Shown: one piece after another, positions 25,501 through 37,067 of the stretch
Layout: the number at the start of each line of letters is the position of its first letter
Numbering within the stretch: the stretch's first letter is position 1
Source: Catajapyx aquilonaris
Lineage: Eukaryota
Assembly (NCBI GenBank): GCA_000934665.2
Contig: JYFJ02001409.1
Coordinates: 1-64,000, forward strand
Direction of reading: 5' to 3'
Length of the DNA: 64,000 nucleotides
Made by a program: the position numbers and the translations under genes
Notes under the pieces: model-generated
Told to the model about the DNA's origin: nothing
Seen by the model: only the letters and a program-made list of their open reading frames with translations
The model's database searches: none

Positions 25501-28396
25501 CTGAATCACCTTGTCAATAATGTTACACAAAATACTGGCACAGAACACCATGACTAATAATACACTCTTGCATTAGTAAATCATATGATTTGATGTCCAC
25601 ATTTGCAGGGTATGGCAATATCTCAAATGGACATTACTACCTGCATTGCACGGTGAAACAGAAGACGATGATGGTGACCCAAGAGACGCCAAGTGGACCA
25701 TAGACCCATCAATCCTATTGCTTGGTGTAGTAAGACTTCGTCAAGTAAGGGTTGCACCAAATCGTTGTATAATAGTGAAAGAGTTCAGGGACTATTTCAC
25801 CCAGTGCAATGCACCATACACATATAATGACGAAGACAAAAATAACTACCGAAGCTTTTGGCGATCCGATAGACCTGCGGCTCAAGAGGAGTTTGCAGAT
25901 GAATATAATCCATGGGCTTACAGCCAGGCTGAGCTACTGTCTACTTTTTCATTCAGAGGTGTTATCTTCTGACTTTCCGCCACAATAATTTTATGTTAAA
26001 ATCATACTTGAACTACAGCTTTAAATCGTGCAACACAGGTGAATTCGAGTCCTACAGTGGTGGTGGATATGTCATTGAACTAGGACGTTCTCGACACATA
26101 TCTACTAAAATTGTGGAGTATCTCCAGAATCGGACGTGGATAGATTACCGCACCAGAGCACTGTTCATCGAATTCAATTTATACTGCGTCAATGCCAATC
26201 TGTTCAACATTGTTAATCTTGTCTTGGAAAAGGGACCTACTGGTGGATTTGTGGCGTCATCACAGGTAAGGTTCTAGCCAAGATTAAATTGTATCATCAC
26301 ACAAATAAATTTAATGTACTGGTTCACTATGTAAGCCTGAGAAACATAGCTTCAGGTGCTTGGCTCATTTATACTTGTGCCAATCTAGGCACCATTGTAA
26401 AGTGAAACTTATTAATGTTTGTTTCAGATCATGACTGTGTCAATGGCATATATGCATGCATTTCACAAGCCCATGTTTGTGATTGCCTTCATCATTTTCA
26501 CACTGACCATCTTGGCATATGGAATTCGCCTGCTCCAGACCTTATGGAAGCATGGAATCAAGCGATTCCCACTGGATATCTGGAATGTGATTGACTTCTC
26601 AATTGTGCTGCTCGCTATGCTATCCGTGGCTGCTGCCATAAAGCAGAAATGGACAGTGGAAGAGCAGATGAACAACTTCCGTGAATCTTCCCCCAACAAG
26701 TTTGTAAACCTTTACTGGGCTGCCTACTGGGACTTTGTCATGTCCTACCTAAAGGCAGTTGGGGTTTGCCTGGTGGTCATGAAACTCTGGAAATTGTTGT
26801 CCATCATCAAGCGATGCCATCTAATGCAGTTCACGCTTTGGAGCACCAAATCCCAGCTGTTTGGATTCGCCATAATGTTTGGGATTGTGATGGCTGCCTT
26901 TGTGTCTGCAGGGACGCTCATGTTTGGACATCGAGTGGATGAATTTAGAACAGTTTATAATAGTGGGATTACAGCTGTGCTCTTCCTTCTGCAAGACTTC
27001 AATTACCAGAGTATGGAGGATGCCAACATCATACTTGGCAAGTTGGGATTTTATAATCCAATTCTCAGAGCACCTTGCTTGGGACGACGGTGCCAAGGCT
27101 ACATACCGATATAGCCTACTTTTTGTCAATCAGGCAGAGTGACAAAAAATTGGAGTAGGCGCGAAATATACCCCCTGCGCCACCTTGTTGCGCATTTAAG
27201 AATTTACCCCTCCGTATGGTACGAGAGGAGGGTCACACAGATGGCCTCAGGATCAAGTCTGGACACTAGACGATCTTATTCACTAGTGTATTCAAGTCTT
27301 GTCCCCGAAGTGACAAAGCAAGCGAATTTTTTGCAGACCCTTGCAAAAAAGGGAAAAACCACCCGTCTTATTAGGGTTAATCAATGCCTTTAAAATTGCC
27401 ACACTGTCTGATAACAAAGTTGTGTTACACATAGCCCTGCCACGCATAATTCCCTACGAATGACTTTCATTAAATACTTCATGGAGCAAAGGTTCCCAAA
27501 CTTTTTGAGTCGCGGAGCACTTTTCAGGATATATTCGCGACGGAGGTTCAACGTTCAAGGTCACACAAGCTACTGAGATATTTGAATGGGTATCGCTTAT
27601 TGAAGAATTCCTCTTTTTCCGAACCTCTTCGCGGAGCACTTGGAGAAGCTTCGCGGAGCACCAAGTGCTCCGTGGAACAGTTTGGGAACCTCTGTCATAG
27701 AGTATTGCAATTTGCAACTACTAATGACACGATATTTCTACCATAGGTCCACTATATTTTATCATCTTCAGTTATGTCATGATATGCTTTCTGACGAACA
27801 TACTGATTGCGATCCTGAACTATGGTTATAACAGTGCTTGCAAGCGTGTGAGTCAGATGCATAATGTACATAACCTGACTGAATACGTTCTCCAAACATG
27901 GAAACAGCATCTTAAGATTCACACACCTGCCACCTCCCAACCAAGGTATCGAATCTCTGACCACAAGCTGGAGCTAAGACTAGAGCAAATGAGGATCCAC
28001 ACAGCAGAGTTTCTGGAGGCCAATTTAGCCCAATGGAGGAGTGGTCTTAAGAAATCACAATACACCAGTAGGCGAAGGATGCATGACATGCTGGATGCAA
28101 GTATTGTCTGGCTACGTCACAAGTTATGCAAATGGTGGCTAGATAGGCGCAAGTATGGTCCCATTTCCCTGATGCAGTCAAGATGGCATAGGCGCAAGAG
28201 AAGTGTCGCACCAGCCATCCTGCGGGATCGTATGGATCAAATGAAGATGATGACTGCACAGTATTTGAACCAGAGATTGGGACCACTACCAAGCAAACAC
28301 GGCAAACACGCTATTTTCAAAAGGACATCACCACTTCAACGTGCCGAAATGTGGAATGACAAAGTAGACAAACTTCTAGGGGAGAGAGATGAATAA
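10588..28396 (+). CDS. Polycystin-1 family (PKD1-like/REJ/LOV-1-type) protein, ~22 coding exons, roughly 2,400 aa
   Basis: Signal peptide MNPHATLILAVLISTILG; three EGF-like modules (10800-11154); REJ-like segments (LDASLSFDPD...FQWYC; NTPPQNGHC); GPS motif CVLWDE...W...C/HCKCTHLSMF; TM1; PLAT/LH2 (YLIVVCTGYRLGAGTSANV); further TMs; polycystin channel-like motifs LLGVVRLRQVRV, YSGGGYVIELG, WIDYRTRALFIEFNLY; stop at 28394-28396. The exon junctions I checked are in frame. Confidence 0.93.
13614..14706. mobile_element. Tc1/mariner-type foldback MITE
   Basis: TA|cagtcc...ggactg|TA with inverted arms of several hundred bp (13614-13960 versus 14047-14256 + 14571-14706). Confidence 0.85.
14257..14564 (+). 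mobile_element. 5'-truncated non-LTR retroelement/SINE 3' fragment with (GTT)n tail
   Basis: Ends in (gtt)n, flanked by atcagg direct repeat (14251-14256, 14565-14570), and is absent from the opposite arm of the host foldback. Confidence 0.7.
19807..20540. mobile_element. Mutator/Foldback-type element with tandem subterminal repeats
   Basis: Long inverted arms containing many ttcaccgaca units; perfect 9-bp TSD gtaaaattc (19798-19806, 20541-20549). Confidence 0.88.
21233..21976 (+). mobile_element. Internally deleted pogo/Tigger-like transposon
   Basis: TA|gggtaaagtg...cactttaccc|TA. Internal remnant KRHPALTMRKPE...IFNADET resembles the CENP-B/pogo HTH-to-DDE junction. Confidence 0.8.
23004..24216. 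mobile_element. hAT-type non-autonomous element containing a nested TA-flanked MITE (23206-24011)
   Basis: cagtggtgtaacaac...gttgttgcaccgctg termini, 8-bp TSD ggtgttaa/ggtgttag; inner TA|cagtacaacctcgatataac...gttatatcgaggttttaccg|TA. Confidence 0.75.
27487..27694. mobile_element. hAT-type MITE in last polycystin intron
   Basis: caaaggttcccaaact...agtttgggaacctctg with 8-bp TSD tcatggag/tcatagag. Confidence 0.82.
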
Positions 28397-28704
28397 ATTG
28401 GTTACATGAAATTCTAATAAGTAGCCACGTGTGATCATTACGAGTCTTAGTCCATGTCACCAGAATATTTTGTGCAAGTCAATAGTATAGTGTTATGGAA
28501 TGTCCAATATTAAGGATTACTATTTCATAAATTCAGATTTAGGACTGTTGACATCCTAAAATTTTCAAGGTCACACAAGCTTCAGGGAGATTTATTGACA
28601 GCGTGTTTTTTGGTGAAATTGGAAGCACTTTTTTAATGGAATTGGAATTGCAGAGTAACATTGGGCTTGACGAAATTATGGCTACCCCTCGGGCTACCTA
28701 CTAC

Positions 28705-29057
28705 CTATCGTCTGACCAGAAGTTGAAGATGCTGGGTTTTTCCCATCAAGCCAAAATCCCCCACCGCCACCCCACCCCCTCAAAAATGCCCGACTTCCCG
28801 ACAATCTTAATCTGCAAAGCAAAAGGGTTCGGAAAGGTCAGACCGGAATAAGATGTTGCCCATCAGGGTGCCTTATTACAATTTCTTATACGTATAATAA
28901 CCACAGATCCACAATTATGGCAACGTCTCCTTTTAAACTGATCTTTCCGAACCCTTTTGCGGATTAATATTGTTGGTAAGTGGGGCATTTTCGAGGGCGT
29001 GGGGTGGCGTGGGGGAAAAACCCACCAACTCTCTATAGCTTCTGGTCAGATAATAGC
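28705..29057. mobile_element. Degenerate foldback MITE
   Basis: tctgaccagaag...gcaaaagggttcggaaaggtcag versus ctgatctttccgaacccttttgc...cttctggtcaga. Confidence 0.65.
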
Positions 29058-30180
29058 TGCCTCGTCATTGACTCTACCTGAGCTGCTACTATATATACCC
29101 AGCTAGCTATAGTAGCATTCTGGTAATCGGCTGAAGTTTGCACAAATTAATAATGTACTGTACTGCAAAGATAAGATTACGAAAAGAGCGATATAAATTG
29201 TGGATTACATTGTATGTTTATTAGTGCTGAATAAGTGGAACGTGGTGACATTACAGTTGCATTATACATACGACAGTGATGGGTAACCTTTGATCCCCAC
29301 GACCTCCACCCTTCCGACGCGACGTCCCATCGCTGTTCTTCTGCATTGCATTCAGAGATTTGGACATCAGATCGATAAGGTGGTTAGTGAAGATCAATAA
29401 ACAAATTTCTGCTCAAATAGTTACATGGTTTTCAGATTTCGCACCTATACCATCTGCCTACACCAGTGTGTAAGTATGGTCTCCTTGGGGGAGGAGATAC
29501 ACACACACATTAGCAATTTTCCCATTTACCTTCCACAAACATAAACTCGAATCACGCATGATAAGGAGGGGTAAATCCCGGAATTGGCGTAAAATAATGC
29601 ATATAGTTCAACTCCAGAATATAAGACACAGTTTTTTCATATAAAATTGTGGATACAAAAATACACAATCTCAAGGGTAATAATAAGCAGTTAAATATTA
29701 CTCAACGTCGACACCTCCAAAAAACGAGCTTTGCATATACCAGTTCCTGGAGTCGACTTCAAATTGCATTTATTACAGGCTACTGTATAAGAATAATAAC
29801 TCCTGAAATGCGTATAGCTTAGAAATAACATTATATCGCTATTTTGTATTCGCACATCACAAACATTTTCCGTTTGACTCCTGCCTCAGTGCCTTGTTGA
29901 GATGACAACGAGTTGCACATAATTATATCGATCAGTGAAAATCATGACCAATAATTAAAATCTTCCTACTAATCCTGTATACATCTCGTATACTGGACGC
30001 CGGAACGTGGGTCATTTACTTGCTAAGCTGGGCACCGAGTCGCCGAAATCGACACGATGAGTATAATTATAGCCTCAAGGCCGAGCTAAGTAGCCACCAG
30101 AATCTAATTTATTTTTAAAAGACCACCCCCACATGTGAAACCAATATATACGGAGGGAAATTAAACTTGCTTCACAACAT

Positions 30181-30333
30181 AGGTCCGGTTGCACCACCTC
30201 CAGTTAACTTTATCGAGCAGGTATAAAAAGCCAGCAGGGAAGTTTTTTATTAATGGTTCTGAGCAATGAAAAGCAAACTTCCCTGGCTCCTTCCCTTCTT
30301 GATCAAGTTACCTGGCGGTAGTGCAACTGGACC
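30181..30333. mobile_element. Harbinger-like MITE
   Basis: aggtccggttgcaccacctccagttaactt versus aagttacctggcggtagtgcaactggacct. Confidence 0.6.
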
Positions 30334-30395
30334 TTATAGTGAGAGAGGATATCTAATTTTCATGACTTCAGAACAGGAAGTGGCCTAAACAATGT

Positions 30396-31750
30396 TTATC
30401 GTCCATAGTTGGCATTCAAAAACATGAGTTTCTTGACCTTGTCACTTTGAGTCTGTTACGGCGTTCTGTAATGAAGCAAGCTGCTTTCGAGAAAACGCGT
30501 TCGCAGGGCACTGATGTTGCCATCACACACAGCTTCTTCTTGGCCAACTTGGAGAGGGATGGGAATGTCTTTTCATGGTCTCGCCACCATTGAAGAGGGT
30601 CTTTCGTTCTTGCTAAGAAGGGAGCGTCCAGATATCTGAAAAATGGCAATCATGTTGAGTACGCTAACATAATAAATCATGCAGTACTTATTTTGTGCCC
30701 TGATTAATTGCACTTAATACAGCAGAAGTAATTTTAATATACAGCGACTGTCATCAACAGGCAAAGGTGCTGCTATTAAATAATAATTGCGAATGTGGCA
30801 GTAAATGGCAAAAATACAGGTGATACCACAAAATTATTTTATGCTGTAGTCAATCTTTTCGCCAGATGATAATTATAGGCCTATGTAAGACTCACCTTTT
30901 CATTTCAGAAATCGCTCTAGCCTCTAGGCTAGTAATGGATGGCTGGTGTGACGCCAATTTTTGCTCCATCTTGGCAGAGAGGGAGAAAGTCGCATTAGTT
31001 GATTCGCTGCTGGTTTGAGGGGTCCCAATGGCTGCATTGCTGGACTGCTGTTCTGCAGATGATGCCTTCTCCAGCCGATACATTCTCAATAACGCTGCCT
31101 TGACCCACTTCTCCACGTCAGGCTTTGTACCCGAGGAAAACACCGCCGTCTTGAAACGGGGGTCCAAGTAAGAGGCCAACGACAAATGCTCATTATGCTC
31201 AATGCCGCTGTACCGTCGCCTTAAATCGTACATCATTGACGTTGCCACAGAGATAGTGATGTTGTGAAAAGTCATACTGGCAGCCTCAGCACAAAAATCC
31301 AGCAGAGACTGGACCATCAATATGACTTCAGAACCTGTCAGGTACTTTTCCCCACTCGTTGCTCTCGTCGCCTCCTCGAATGGCCCCAGAATGTCCACAA
31401 GTTCCTGGCATATCGTAATCTCTTCTTCGGCAAACGCTGGAAGGCTGGAGTCCAGCAAAATTGCCGTGGTCCGCATATGCTCGTAGATCTGCAGAAACCT
31501 CTTCACCATGTAGTAGGTGCTGTTCCATCTCGTCCCCACATCCTTGATGGGGACCAAGGGCGTCTTTGCTCCACTTGCAATTTGCGATTGCTTCAACTTC
31601 GCCATTGCCAATGGACTTTTCTTGAAATAGGTGACCTGCTTGCTGATTTTCTTCAAAATGGGCTCGGCTGCCGAAAGACTGCTCTTGACTGTTAGGTTAA
31701 GAGTATGGGCAAAGCATCCAAAATGACCATATCCGAGGCTCCAAGCACTA
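30396..31750 (-). pseudogene. Truncated hAT (ZBED1/Ac-like) transposase with one spliceosomal intron
   Basis: CFAHTLNL, DVGTRWNSTYYM, LDPRFK and dimerisation domain DPLQWW...ATSVPCERVFS. Intron ~30895-30636. N-terminal half is missing, and a 1-nt frameshift precedes ...DKVKKLMFLNAN. Confidence 0.88.
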
Positions 31751-32189
31751 TTTAAACGCATGTAACTTTTTCATTGAATTTTATTTTCCCCTGTCCTTCC
31801 GTGACTTTGTCAGAAAAACCTTTCTAAGCATGAAAAGGAAAGATTTTTTTTTAAAGTCCCTATTCTTTGGTTTTAAACAATTCGTAACGAGGAACAGGTC
31901 CCTCCTGGAACCGCTCAGGCTCTATATCTCGTAGGTGAAGCCAGAGCGGCTCAAGCATGATGCAACCTTTTAATTAAAAAATTTTCCCTGTCGGAATATG
32001 CTGACTCAGCGTGTGATTTTTACGTTTTCGTAAGCCAAATGATCTGAACTGCACTTTCTGTATGTGAAAAGTCTAAAATAACAATTTAGTTGATAAGCAG
32101 AAATTTAAATATACCGTTGGAGCCTCTCAGGCTCCACCTACGTAGTTAAAAGTGTTTCGCCCACCTGCGTAATTAAGGGTTAACAAAAT

Positions 32190-32359
32190 ACAGTCGACTC
32201 TGGATATAAGACATAAGGGATCCCAGAAATCAGTATGCTATAATGGAGGTCTGTTATAGTCAAATACGCAGGTCATGGAAGTACGGTGGGATCAGCCCTT
32301 TAAGTTTCCTATAATTGAGAATCTGTAGAGCCAAGGCTGTTTATGTCCAGGGTCAACTG
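32190..32359. mobile_element. pogo/Tigger-like MITE
   Basis: cagtcgactctggatataagaca versus tgtttatgtccagggtcaactg, preceded by TA. Confidence 0.6.
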
Positions 32360-32424
32360 AATAATTAAGCAGCAGTCACAGTCAAGCACTTTTATTCCAT
32401 CATACAAAAGGCATATTAATGGAG

Positions 32425-34237
32425 TTAGAAGTTCCTGAAACAAAACAAGGATGATGAGTTTGTTGGTTTTCCAACTTCATTTGTAAATATAGGGTGGGGC
32501 ACAGCACATTGATAACTTGGGCAGTGCACCAACCTGTACAGTGATATTGTACTCACTTGGCTATGATTCCATCCCTCTTAGCAAGCCGATTGATGCAGTC
32601 ATCGGACTCCCCCTGCAATGATAATAATAATTTAAATTTGCACTGAAATAAAGCTAAAGAAGCGTAACTGAAGGTGTTAACTAACCATTCGTCGAAGAGC
32701 ACCACAGATGGCATAGGCTTTGAATCCTCCAGTCATCCTCCCTGTTTCCTCGTCCACCTCAGCAAGATTAATCTGGATTGATGCATGATCCTTTGCATGA
32801 ATAATGCGGTTGCTGGCAGAACTAGAAGGAACAGTACAGCAATAAATTCACACATCATGTAATAACTTCCACAGTGCGGTCGACAATGGTTTGATGCAAT
32901 ACAACAGGGGTTCCCAACCTTTTTGCACCCGCGACCCCCCAAATCACCTAAAATTTCTCCACGGCTCCCCTTGCAAAAGTAACATACATAAATCTTTAAT
33001 GAAGCAGCCAAACAATACAAGAAATTTCCCCACAATATTAATACAAAACACCAAATATGGAACAATGCCTCTCACGGCCCCCCTGAACCTGCTCCACGGC
33101 CCCCTTGGGGGGCCATGACTCCCAGGTTGGGAATCCCTGCAATACAATGACATGAGACATGTCTTACCCGGTCTTACCCAAGCGTATTGAACCCAGTGTA
33201 GTAGTTAGGTGAAGCTAGTTTAATATTGGTGATAAGGGCATTCACCCCACATGGTGTGCTGGTATGACAGCATTATTAAAGTATTACCATTACGCCACCA
33301 GTCTGATTCAGGAACATAATGGCCAACTTGAAAAGGGAGCCCTGCAGAAGGTTAACACTTAACTACCAACGTGGGGTATTTTTCTACCCCACAATGTAGA
33401 TAATACCATCGCGATTAAATTTTTTTGTATGAAATGAAAAATGGCAGGCCTATATTCCTCAGACATACTTTCTTCGATCCAAAGAAAATTTTTGACACTA
33501 GTAGGAATTTTTTTTGCGGAGTTACTGGTAGGCCTACTTTTCTGCTGCTAAGCGTCCCTGTGGGGTCCAGATATACCCCATGTCGTAGCCAATGTACATA
33601 ATTTTTTAGAGAGCATATCACAGCGCATCACAGCAAAATTGTATTTTATAAAGTGTGTGTTGTTATTCAGCAATAAATATTGCTCGGAACTAAAATCTTG
33701 CAGACCCTGCAGCTGGGAATGTTTACGTTATAAGTCATTACTTATGCCATCGAGCTGGAAGGCTATGAAGGTGCGATAACGGAGGTTCAAATCCCTTATG
33801 ACTCAACTAATGGTCACAGGAGATCGATTTTTTTTACACATACAGAGTACAGGCCGAATTTACCGCGGAAGAATTGCTTTAGTGCTATTAAGGCACATTT
33901 AAAAAAAAATGAAAACCGCGTGGGGTAGAAAAATACCCCACGTCGTAGTCAATGTATGGCAGATTCCCGTTGGTAGTTAAGTGTTAAGGTCAACGTGTGC
34001 ATAAATATTGCCTGCCACTTCCCCCTTTCCTTGGAACCAACTTCCTACCACCTCCAAGGCTCTCGACTTAATGGCACACCTAGCGTGCTCCCTAGTACAA
34101 CATGCGGATGACTTGTGCATCTTGGTCAAAATTATGGGGACTGAGGAGGTGGCATTCAAGCACCTAGCTTAGGAGCATGAGGCTTACCATTTCCTAGGCA
34201 TGTACAAATCGACGTACTCTCCGGCTTCGTTCTGCAT
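32425..34237 (-). CDS. RPS21: 40S ribosomal protein S21 (eS21), 4 coding exons, 83 aa
   Basis: Exons 34237-34188, 32821-32686, 32612-32557, 32434-32425 give [89 protein letters not shown] at ~32396-32391. Not present in the ORF track. Confidence 0.97.
32905..33139. mobile_element. hAT-type MITE in RPS21 intron
   Basis: caggggttcccaacct...aggttgggaatccctg with perfect 8-bp TSD caatacaa. Confidence 0.9.
33356..33983. mobile_element. TTAA-specific (piggyBac-like) MITE in RPS21 intron
   Basis: TTAA|cacttaactaccaacg...cgttggtagttaagtg|TTAA plus subterminal inverted repeat cgtggggtatttttctacccca. Confidence 0.85.
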
Positions 34238-34449
34238 GGTGGCTTAGCTGTCCGAAAAGACCTGCAACACCAAGGGAAGCCCCGATTAGTGAAGGGCACG
34301 CAGAGAGAGAAAGCGCATGGCCCGAAGCATGGCCACTATGCAACACAGCCCAGTGCATTGTTTCCTCCCCAGCATCTCGGACTTGAAGCCAAACCAGGGC
34401 TACTCAGTTGGCACACCATGGCCATTTCACAAGGGCAGAGGGCAAGCGA

Positions 34450-34900
34450 GCTCACCTCAGACAAAATGGGTAGGCAGGAATGCAATCCGCACAAGACCAA
34501 CGAGGAGACCACGAAGCACGCCAACAACGAACGGAACCAAGATGGCCGGCGGAAATTGAATCCAGTCAGAGAGGGCGTCTCGATCGCCGCTGACTTGCCC
34601 GGTCACTCCTCCAGGAATGCCCGCATGATTCAAACAAATCTGTCCGTATTTTAGGAGTGAATTTATTAGCCTGTAATTGCAATTAGATGGCCAGGGAAGT
34701 GTGTGTGTCCGGTTGCATCCAAAGCGACAAGGGAGGTGTGGTTGGTGACGTCATCCGCTATTCGGTGGCGGCCTCCTTCCCCGTAAGTTAACCTGAGCAT
34801 CGTCGTCTGCTGGCAGCCAGCGGGAAAGGAGGAGCCGCCGTACATACGTGTACTTCCTCCTTCTCCTCCTCCCGCACGTCGTCAAACATCACCGTGTGTG
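34450..34900. promoter_or_regulatory. GC/CpG-rich divergent promoter region between RPS21 and ANKRD29-like gene
   Basis: GC-rich stretch between head-to-head genes; CRE palindrome tgacgtca at 34747-34754. Confidence 0.55.
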
Positions 34901-35297
34901 ACCTGACTCACTTCCGCAATGTTTTATTCACGGTCCTGCCACTGGGGCCAATGGGGAAAGCGTGCAGTACGGCGTAGGGGGAACTGGGCAGTGATGGTGG
35001 CCCTGAATGTGGAATCGGAATAATGACGTAACCGACAAACACACACGTCGAGCTCTGGCTGCAGGGGATCGAGAGCAGTGCTGTCTCCTTGAGGATCCAA
35101 TACTGGCTGGCCTTCCACCACCTGCTGTACCCGTTCTGTAAATACACGCCCATCATCAGGCTGCTGCTGCTCATTATGTCACTTGCACTCGTTTTTGCAT
35201 CGTTGTTTACGTAACCTATTTGCAACAGACCCTGACGCCACCAGCAATTTACAGCCAACTCATTGGGGATGTATTGGTGCCACGAGTTGTAGCAGGC

Positions 35298-37067
35298 ATG
35301 TCTTTAAAGGTAAGTCCTACACATTCAGCACAGATAGCTCAAATTCTTGGACGATGTATTTATCACACAGTCATGATAAGCACTGGCCTTATCAGACAAC
35401 AGTGATACTGGGTCTCTCTGGTCTACTTTGTCATACTAATTATACTTTAATTATAACACACTTATTGACAATAAATCAACTTGGATAAGGTGTGGCATAA
35501 TGTTGAATGCCATACATTGCCACACGGGCCTTGACAAATTAAGACACAGGATATGGTATTTGATCATGGATTCATGGCTAAAGGCCAATGGTAATGCCCC
35601 AATTTCCCTTGCACCCAAAACTGCATAATGACTAGGCAGGGCCTCAAGAGCATCTTGCAGTGTTGGGAGCATGTGCAAATTTATGCCCTTTCCCCCTACA
35701 CTCATTGCAACTCTGCATGAATCTTAGTACATAAACATTCATGTGGGACAGTTATTGGCAGAAAAAATGAGTGAGTGATATTTTAAATGACCCATGTAAA
35801 ATGAGTCACCAAATGACTGCTTGACCTAGGTTTTTGTCTTTATGAAACTGATGGGCATTATCTCACCACCTACACCTGTTTTTTGCCACATTGTACAGAA
35901 AGAAACACCAGCTTCTGTTCAGCTGCACATAGCAGCTCTAAATGGGAACCTGGTGGAAATCCGCAGACTCATGGACACTGGGAAGGTTCATGTTGACTGT
36001 TTGGATCAGGACGGGACTACTCCCCTGGTATTGGCGTCAGCAAATGGACATCTGGAGTGTGTGCAGGAACTTCTAGATCAGGGAGCTGACCCAAGACTCA
36101 GGCGCTCTGTAAGCCAGTTTCTCTCTGGCATTAACAATCCTTGCTCTGCAGTTTAATACATGCCTGTCATTTCATTGTTAGACTGGAACAACGGCACTTT
36201 TTTTTGCGGCTCAATCTGGATACATAGATGTCGTTAGGCTCTTGCTGCAGCAAGGAGCACCTGTTGATACCCCAAGTGCAGTAAGTAGATGACAATAACT
36301 TTTATGTAATAGAAATTATTTTTGTGCATGCTCAGCTGCATAGCTTTTAAATCTGTTACAATAGTCAAAATAAGTGTGTTGACTCACTTGTTAATCTGAA
36401 TCCTCATGTATAGGATGGTGGTACCCCACTGTTCGTAGCATGCCAGTGTGGCCATCATGAGATTGCCAAGCTCCTCTTGGACTGTGGTGCTTCCCCTTCT
36501 TCTCGTACACGTGATGGAGCCACTCCTCTCCTGGTAGCTTCTCAAAATGGGCATGTTCGGGCAGCAATACTCCTTCTGACCAGAGGAGCCCATCCTGATT
36601 CACGTCGCCGAGATGGAGCCACTCCACTCTACATGGCTGCCCAGATGGGTCACCCTGCCATAGTTCGACAGCTTCTCAAATCAGGGGCCAGTCCTGACCT
36701 CCCTCGTAGGGATGGAGCCACACCGTTGTTCAAGGCAGCGCATAAGGGACACTTGGACGTGGTAGATGAACTGCTGAAGTGGCGTCCTAGGCTGGGTGTA
36801 CTGCCCATTGGTGAGAGTGCTCTGCATGCAGCAGCCATGGAGGGGCACTTGGGAGTAGTCAGAGCACTGATTGGAGCTGGGGCAGACCCGTTGTTACGAA
36901 ATGACCAGGGTGTGAGTCCACTGCAGGTTGCACAAAGCGGGGGTAAAGGTGCAGTGGTTGCATTTCTGAAGCAGGTCATTCCCAGGGCACCCAGTGTCAC
37001 ATCCTTGCCTTCGCAAAGGTATGGGTCAGGTGTGAGAGCAGTGAATGGGATGGCTCGACATATTTGA
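35298..37067 (+). CDS. ANKRD29: Ankyrin repeat protein, ANKRD29-like, 4 exons, ~324 aa
   Basis: Exons 35298-35309 (MSLK), 35899-36108, 36182-36280, 36414-37067 in frame; tandem DGxTPLxxAxxxGH ankyrin repeats. Orthology is from recalled similarity only. Confidence 0.85.

Noticed and set aside
32822..34187. Intronic snoRNA in RPS21
   Set aside because: No convincing C/D or H/ACA box arrangement found by eye on the sense strand; an Infernal scan would be needed.
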